Positions 59,588 to 64,000 of a stretch of 64,000 nt of DNA are shown here, in pieces. The stretch is taken from contig JAVZCO010000001.1 in NCBI GenBank assembly GCA_038874355.1, positions 231,637-295,636 of the forward strand, read 5' to 3'. The notes under the pieces are model-generated. The model ran no database searches and was not told the origin of the DNA. It saw only the letters and a list, made by a program, of their open reading frames with translations. The stretch comes from Candidatus Pacearchaeota archaeon (GTDB lineage Archaea; Nanobdellota; Nanobdellia; Pacearchaeales; GW2011-AR1). The first letter of the stretch is position 1. Each line of letters starts with the position of its first letter. A program made the position numbers and the translations under genes.

Positions 59588-59811
59588 AAAATAAAAATGA
59601 GAAAAGTAGAAGAAAGAAAATAAAATAACATATAGGAAAGAGGTGACAAAAAATAGATAGAAAAATATGTGTGAAGAGAAGAAAAAGTAAAAAAATAAAT
59701 AAAATAAAAAAGAAAAGCGTATAAAAAAGATTAAGAGAAGTAAAAATCAATAAAAGAAAATAAAAAAGATGTGATAAAGAAAAATAAAAAGAAAAAAATC
59801 CAGAATAAAAA
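59588..59811 (+). other. ~220-nt polypurine (A/G, almost C/T-free) tract upstream of the giant ORF
   Basis: The top strand is almost exclusively A and G (e.g. gagaaaagtagaagaaagaaaat...). The antisense ORF 59448-59852 is a translation artefact of this tract. Confidence 0.6.
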
Positions 59812-62800
59812 ATGAGAAATAAAAGAGGAAAAAAAGATAAAATAATAAGCATATTTGAAATTCTCTTACTTTTAACAGCAACTTTTGCTTTTGCTTATTT
59901 AATAGGAATAGCAACAAATTCTATTACTATTGTAAGTGCTTCCCAAGATATTATTAATTGTTGTCCAGAAACAAAAAATGGTCAAATATGTCAAGAAATT
60001 CCTTATGCAAAATGTAGTGAAGAATGTAATCAATTATGCTCATATTCAAGATGTTCGGAAGTTAGCGAATGTAAATTAGGATGTTGTATAGATAAACAAG
60101 AAGGAAATTGTATTCCAAATACACCAGAAATTTTATGTAGAGAATCTAATACCGAATGGAAGGATGATGCTTCTTGTAATTATAATGAATGTAAACCAGG
60201 ATGTTGTATTATAGGAGATAAAACAATCTTTGTTAACGCAAAAAAATGTGAAATTTTGACTTTGCTTAATGGATTATCAACAATAACAAATTATGACTTC
60301 AGGCAGGGAATGACAGAAATTGAATGTATCGCCTTAGAAAAAAGTACAATTAAAGGAGCATGTTTATTTGTTACAGATGAAAAAACAAATTGTAAAATTT
60401 TAACAAAAGAGGAATGTATAAGACAAACAGGGAGTTATTCTTATTTTTATGAAAATTATTTATGTACAGCTGCAGAATTAAACACTACTTGTAATCCAAC
60501 AACAAATACAACTTGTGTTGATGGAAAAGATGAAGTATATTTTGTTGATTCTTGTGGAAATATAGCAAATATTTACGATTCATCAAAAATTTATAATCCA
60601 AATGACAACAGTTCTATAGAATATTGGACAAAAATTTTTTCAAAAGAAGAATCTTGCAATAATAACTCAGGAAATATTAATTCTGCTTCATGTGGAAATT
60701 GTAATTATCTATTAGGTAGTAGATGCGGAAATTATATTGAAGGAAGATCTCCACAAAATGCTAAGCCAAATTATGGAAATTTTTATTGTAAGGATTTAAA
60801 TTGTTATGATGTTCCTCTTGCCATAAACACAAAAGGAGAAGTTTTGTTAAAAGGAGATAAAAAACATGGGGAACAATGGTGTATCTATGAAACAACAATT
60901 GGAAATGAAACCCAAGATTTAATTATCGGGTATAAAAGAGAAAGAATTAATCCTTTTATATCTAGGGATGTTCCAATAGTTCACAAGACAATTTCTGGAA
61001 GTGATCCTGTAGGTTCTCGTCATTATATAGCAACTTGTTATAATGGAGAATTTTCAATACAGCCTTGTGATGAATATAGAGATAAAATATGTATTCAATC
61101 AGATATAATTATAAATAACATAACTAATGAAAACTTTTCTTCTGCTTCATGTATAGTCAATTTATGGCAAGATTGTTTAAATTATAATTTTCAAATTAAT
61201 AATAATGTAGAAGGGCAAACAACAAATGATATGATGAATGAGTGTTTAAAAAATGAATTTTGTTATGTGAAACAAATAGATATAGATAAATATTTTAATT
61301 TTCCAATATGTCTACCTAAATATAAACCAGCATTTGATTTAACAAATAGAGAGGGTTCTTCTAAAGAAATATGTTCTATGGCATCTCAAACTTGTAAAGT
61401 TATTTATGTGAAAAAATTTTCTGGATGGAAATGCAAAGCCAATTGTGATTGTCTTACAAAAGAATTTACATTAAAAATGAATGAATTTTGTAGAAGTTTA
61501 GGTGATTGTGGAGCTCAAATTAATGTTGCTGGTGAAGTTACAACAAGTAGTTTTAAAGTTTCACGAGCACCACCAATAACCGCTCAAGATATAAAAAATC
61601 TTAATTACTCAAATTTATTAAATATAGAGATAGGAGAATATGCTAGTATTGAAAATTTAAGTTATATTATCAATAGGATGAATATCCCTCCAGAAATGTT
61701 AGAATCAGAAAAATTATTTTCCTCTTCTTTCTTAGGAAGTATCATTGGTGGAACAGGAATACTTTATGCTATTTCCTTACATAATTTAGCAGGAACTGGG
61801 GCAACTCTTTCTCAAATATTTGAATTAGCATTCACAGGAGTTACTACTGTTAAAGAAGCAATATTTTCTTTACCATTTCTTTCAAAGTTATCAAGTCTTC
61901 TTGCAGGTTTTTCAATAGGTTATATGCTATCAAAATTTTTTGGGCTAAGTGAAGGAGCAGCAATTGCAATTGGAGTAATAGGAGCTGTAGTTGCTTTTTA
62001 TGGAATTACTCAAGGATGGTTTAGCATTACAACTTTAGGATTTATTGGTTTAACTATAATAATTTTAAGTTTTTTATTTGGAATAGGAAAAAAGAAAGTA
62101 GTGCAAGTTACTTCAACATGCTCTCCTTATCAAGTTCCAATTGGAGGAGAAAATTGCGATTTTTGTAATAAAAATGAATACCTCCCTTGCAATAGATATA
62201 AATGTACTTCTTTAGGAACAGCATGTAAATTCATAAATGAAGGAACACCACAGGAAAAATGTATAGCAAGTATTAATGATCATACTGCTCCAATCATTTC
62301 TCCATTAAAATTTGATAATTATACTTATAATGAACTTCAAAATGGTTATGAAATAAAAACAAAAAATAACGAATGCTTTGAAGCATGGCAAGATATTTTA
62401 TTAGGAATAACAACTAATGAAGTTTCTCAATGTAAAATTTCTTTAAATCCTGGAAGTTCTCCTACATATTTTGATAATATTCCAGAATATTTTCCCAATA
62501 CAATTTACCAAGAAAATCACACTTTATTATATAAATTACCTTCTGCAGATTTATTAGGAGCAATCGGTTTTAGTCCAACTAGAACAGGAACAATTAATTT
62601 TTATATAAGATGTCAAGATGATTGGGGAAATAAAAATACTGTAGATTATATAATAAAAACATGTGTAAAACCAGAACCAGATAAAACACCACCTATAATA
62701 AATAAATTTTCTCCAGAAGAAGAAAATGCTTATTTAGGTTTTGAAAAAAATAATTTTTCTTTAACAATTTTCACAAACGAACCAGCAGAATGTAAGTATA

Positions 62801-63687
62801 GTTTTATTAATAAAAATTATGATGAAATGGAATATAATTTTAGTTGCTCCTCAAATAAAATACTTTCTCCAGAAGAACTTTTTTCTTCAATCAACGAAAC
62901 AGAAGATGAAACAGAAGTAGAAATAAATTTTTCTGAGATATCTTACACAAAAGAAGATATTTTAAATTCTTATCTTTCTATGCAAACAATATTTGGTTTT
63001 CCTTGTTATGCAGAAATAAATACAAAAGACAATTATACAATATTTATAAAATGCAAAGATCAACCATGGTATGAAGAAGAAAATGAATCTTTAAGAAATG
63101 TAAATTTACAACCTCAACCATTAAATGGTTATACAATAAAAAAATCTTTATCTCAATTAAATATAGATTCTATTCTACCTAAAGGTGAAATTTTAGCAGG
63201 AACATCTCCATTTACTATAGAATTAATTGCAACAACTTCTGGTGGGGTTGATGGAAAAGCTACATGCTATTACTCTTTTAATGGTAAAGATTTTTCAATG
63301 TTTTATGAAACTGGTTCAACAAAACACAAACAAACTTTTAATCAAATTATTGAAGGGGATTATACAATATATGTTAAGTGTATAGATAAGGCAGGAAATA
63401 TTGCTTTAAACAGCACAACTTTTTACTTACAGACAGATACAAAAGCCCCAAAAGTAATTAGAACTTATTCTTCTCTTGGAATTTTAACAATAATAACAGA
63501 TGAAGAATCTTATTGTAGTTATTCTGCATCTAATTGTAACTTTATGTATGAAAACGGAACTTCGATGGAAAATTACGGGAAAATTCATACTACCCCAGTT
63601 CAATATGGCAAAACATATTACATAAAATGTAAGGATATTTATGGAAATTTACCTTCTCAATGTAGCATAATTATAAGAAATATATAA
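59812..63687 (+). CDS. giant (1291 aa) Cys-rich secreted/surface protein with a central polytopic membrane segment
   Basis: N-terminal signal/anchor KIISIFEILLLLTATFAFAYLIG. More than 80 Cys in CxxxC / CC-containing modules. Residues ~640-760 form 4-5 hydrophobic helices (GTGILYAISL...GLTIIILSFLFGIGKKK). C-terminal Cys-rich beta-like repeats. Confidence 0.5.
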   Translation: MRNKRGKKDKIISIFEILLLLTATFAFAYLIGIATNSITIVSASQDIINCCPETKNGQICQEIPYAKCSEECNQLCSYSRCSEVSECKLGCCIDKQEGNCIPNTPEILCRESNTEWKDDASCNYNECKPGCCIIGDKTIFVNAKKCEILTLLNGLSTITNYDFRQGMTEIECIALEKSTIKGACLFVTDEKTNCKILTKEECIRQTGSYSYFYENYLCTAAELNTTCNPTTNTTCVDGKDEVYFVDSCGNIANIYDSSKIYNPNDNSSIEYWTKIFSKEESCNNNSGNINSASCGNCNYLLGSRCGNYIEGRSPQNAKPNYGNFYCKDLNCYDVPLAINTKGEVLLKGDKKHGEQWCIYETTIGNETQDLIIGYKRERINPFISRDVPIVHKTISGSDPVGSRHYIATCYNGEFSIQPCDEYRDKICIQSDIIINNITNENFSSASCIVNLWQDCLNYNFQINNNVEGQTTNDMMNECLKNEFCYVKQIDIDKYFNFPICLPKYKPAFDLTNREGSSKEICSMASQTCKVIYVKKFSGWKCKANCDCLTKEFTLKMNEFCRSLGDCGAQINVAGEVTTSSFKVSRAPPITAQDIKNLNYSNLLNIEIGEYASIENLSYIINRMNIPPEMLESEKLFSSSFLGSIIGGTGILYAISLHNLAGTGATLSQIFELAFTGVTTVKEAIFSLPFLSKLSSLLAGFSIGYMLSKFFGLSEGAAIAIGVIGAVVAFYGITQGWFSITTLGFIGLTIIILSFLFGIGKKKVVQVTSTCSPYQVPIGGENCDFCNKNEYLPCNRYKCTSLGTACKFINEGTPQEKCIASINDHTAPIISPLKFDNYTYNELQNGYEIKTKNNECFEAWQDILLGITTNEVSQCKISLNPGSSPTYFDNIPEYFPNTIYQENHTLLYKLPSADLLGAIGFSPTRTGTINFYIRCQDDWGNKNTVDYIIKTCVKPEPDKTPPIINKFSPEEENAYLGFEKNNFSLTIFTNEPAECKYSFINKNYDEMEYNFSCSSNKILSPEELFSSINETEDETEVEINFSEISYTKEDILNSYLSMQTIFGFPCYAEINTKDNYTIFIKCKDQPWYEEENESLRNVNLQPQPLNGYTIKKSLSQLNIDSILPKGEILAGTSPFTIELIATTSGGVDGKATCYYSFNGKDFSMFYETGSTKHKQTFNQIIEGDYTIYVKCIDKAGNIALNSTTFYLQTDTKAPKVIRTYSSLGILTIITDEESYCSYSASNCNFMYENGTSMENYGKIHTTPVQYGKTYYIKCKDIYGNLPSQCSIIIRNI

Positions 63688-63732
63688 TAAATTAACAAAA
63701 ATGTTTATAAATAAGAAAGAATTTATACTAAA

Positions 63733-64000
63733 ATGAAAAACAAAAAAGCACAATTAACTTTATTTATAATTATTTCTATTTTTATTGTTGCTTTATTATT
63801 AATAATTTTTTGGCCAAAAGTAAAAACAATCTTTATCTCATCCTCCCCGGAAATTGATTTTCAAAAATGTATAGAAAATGATTTGAAAAAAGAAATTTCT
63901 TTAATTGCTTCAAATGGAGGGAGTAAAAATCCTAAACTATATTATTCTTATCAAGGAGATAAAATAGAATATTTATGTTACACTAACGAAAATTATAAAA
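63733..64000 (+). CDS. prepilin-like protein (paralog of 58796-59587), 3' end cut by window edge
   Basis: MKNKKA/QLTLFIIISIFIVALLLIIF class III-like signal. Downstream ...CIENDL...NGGSKNPKLYYSYQGDKIEYLCY is conserved with the upstream paralog. Confidence 0.4.
   Translation, partial: MKNKKAQLTLFIIISIFIVALLLIIFWPKVKTIFISSSPEIDFQKCIENDLKKEISLIASNGGSKNPKLYYSYQGDKIEYLCYTNENYK

Noticed and set aside
59448-59852. 134-aa minus-strand ORF (F/L/S-rich)
   Set aside because: Antisense translation of the polypurine tract. Low-complexity polypyrimidine codons only.
1-64000. Search for CRISPR arrays, rRNA genes, transposases or integrases
   Set aside because: No regularly spaced direct repeats, no GC-rich rRNA-like islands other than the tRNA, and no DDE or tyrosine-recombinase motifs were seen. 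The Cas4-like gene is solo.

Overview
Archaeal fragment, most likely from a DPANN-type, very AT-rich archaeon. The lineage call is an inference from the gene content: aIF5A, SUI1, eL19/eL32/eS4/eL40, PCNA and a fused PriS-PriL primase, plus heavy A/T codon bias and Lys/Glu-rich protein tails. All calls rest on motif recognition and gene order read from the sequence; no database search was run. Gene density is high with many start/stop overlaps. Main blocks: (1) ~2-20012, a protein N-glycosylation / surface-glycan island: two MOP flippases, four SAM methyltransferases (one frameshifted), GT2/GT4/GT-C glycosyltransferases, a polysaccharide deacetylase, a radical-SAM/SPASM enzyme, an RfaE-like heptose kinase, a WecA/Alg7-like phosphotransferase and the oligosaccharyltransferase AglB/STT3. 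(2) 22815-35371 (minus), the canonical archaeal ribosomal superoperon L3-L4-L23-L2-S19-L22-S3-L29-SUI1-S17-L14-L24-S4e-L5-S14-S8-L6-L32e-L19e-L18-S5-L30-L15-SecY. A perfect 104-nt direct repeat gives uS17 and uL22 identical KE-rich N-terminal extensions. (3) Housekeeping genes: AI-2E transporter, AMP phosphorylase, CPA2 antiporter, tRNA-Ser, L1-L10-L12 operon, Taw1, S2P protease, eL40, aIF5A, FKBP, FtsZ and a radical SAM enzyme. (4) 50142-55073, a cluster of secreted/anchored Cys-rich surface proteins. (5) A Cas4-like nuclease translationally coupled to the fused primase, divergent from PCNA. (6) An RHH/small-protein pair, then two paralogous prepilin-like (class III signal) proteins flanking a 1291-aa Cys-rich multi-TM giant protein preceded by a ~220-nt polypurine tract. 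This last locus is the best candidate for an undescribed cell-surface / host-attachment system. No rRNA, CRISPR array or transposase was seen.
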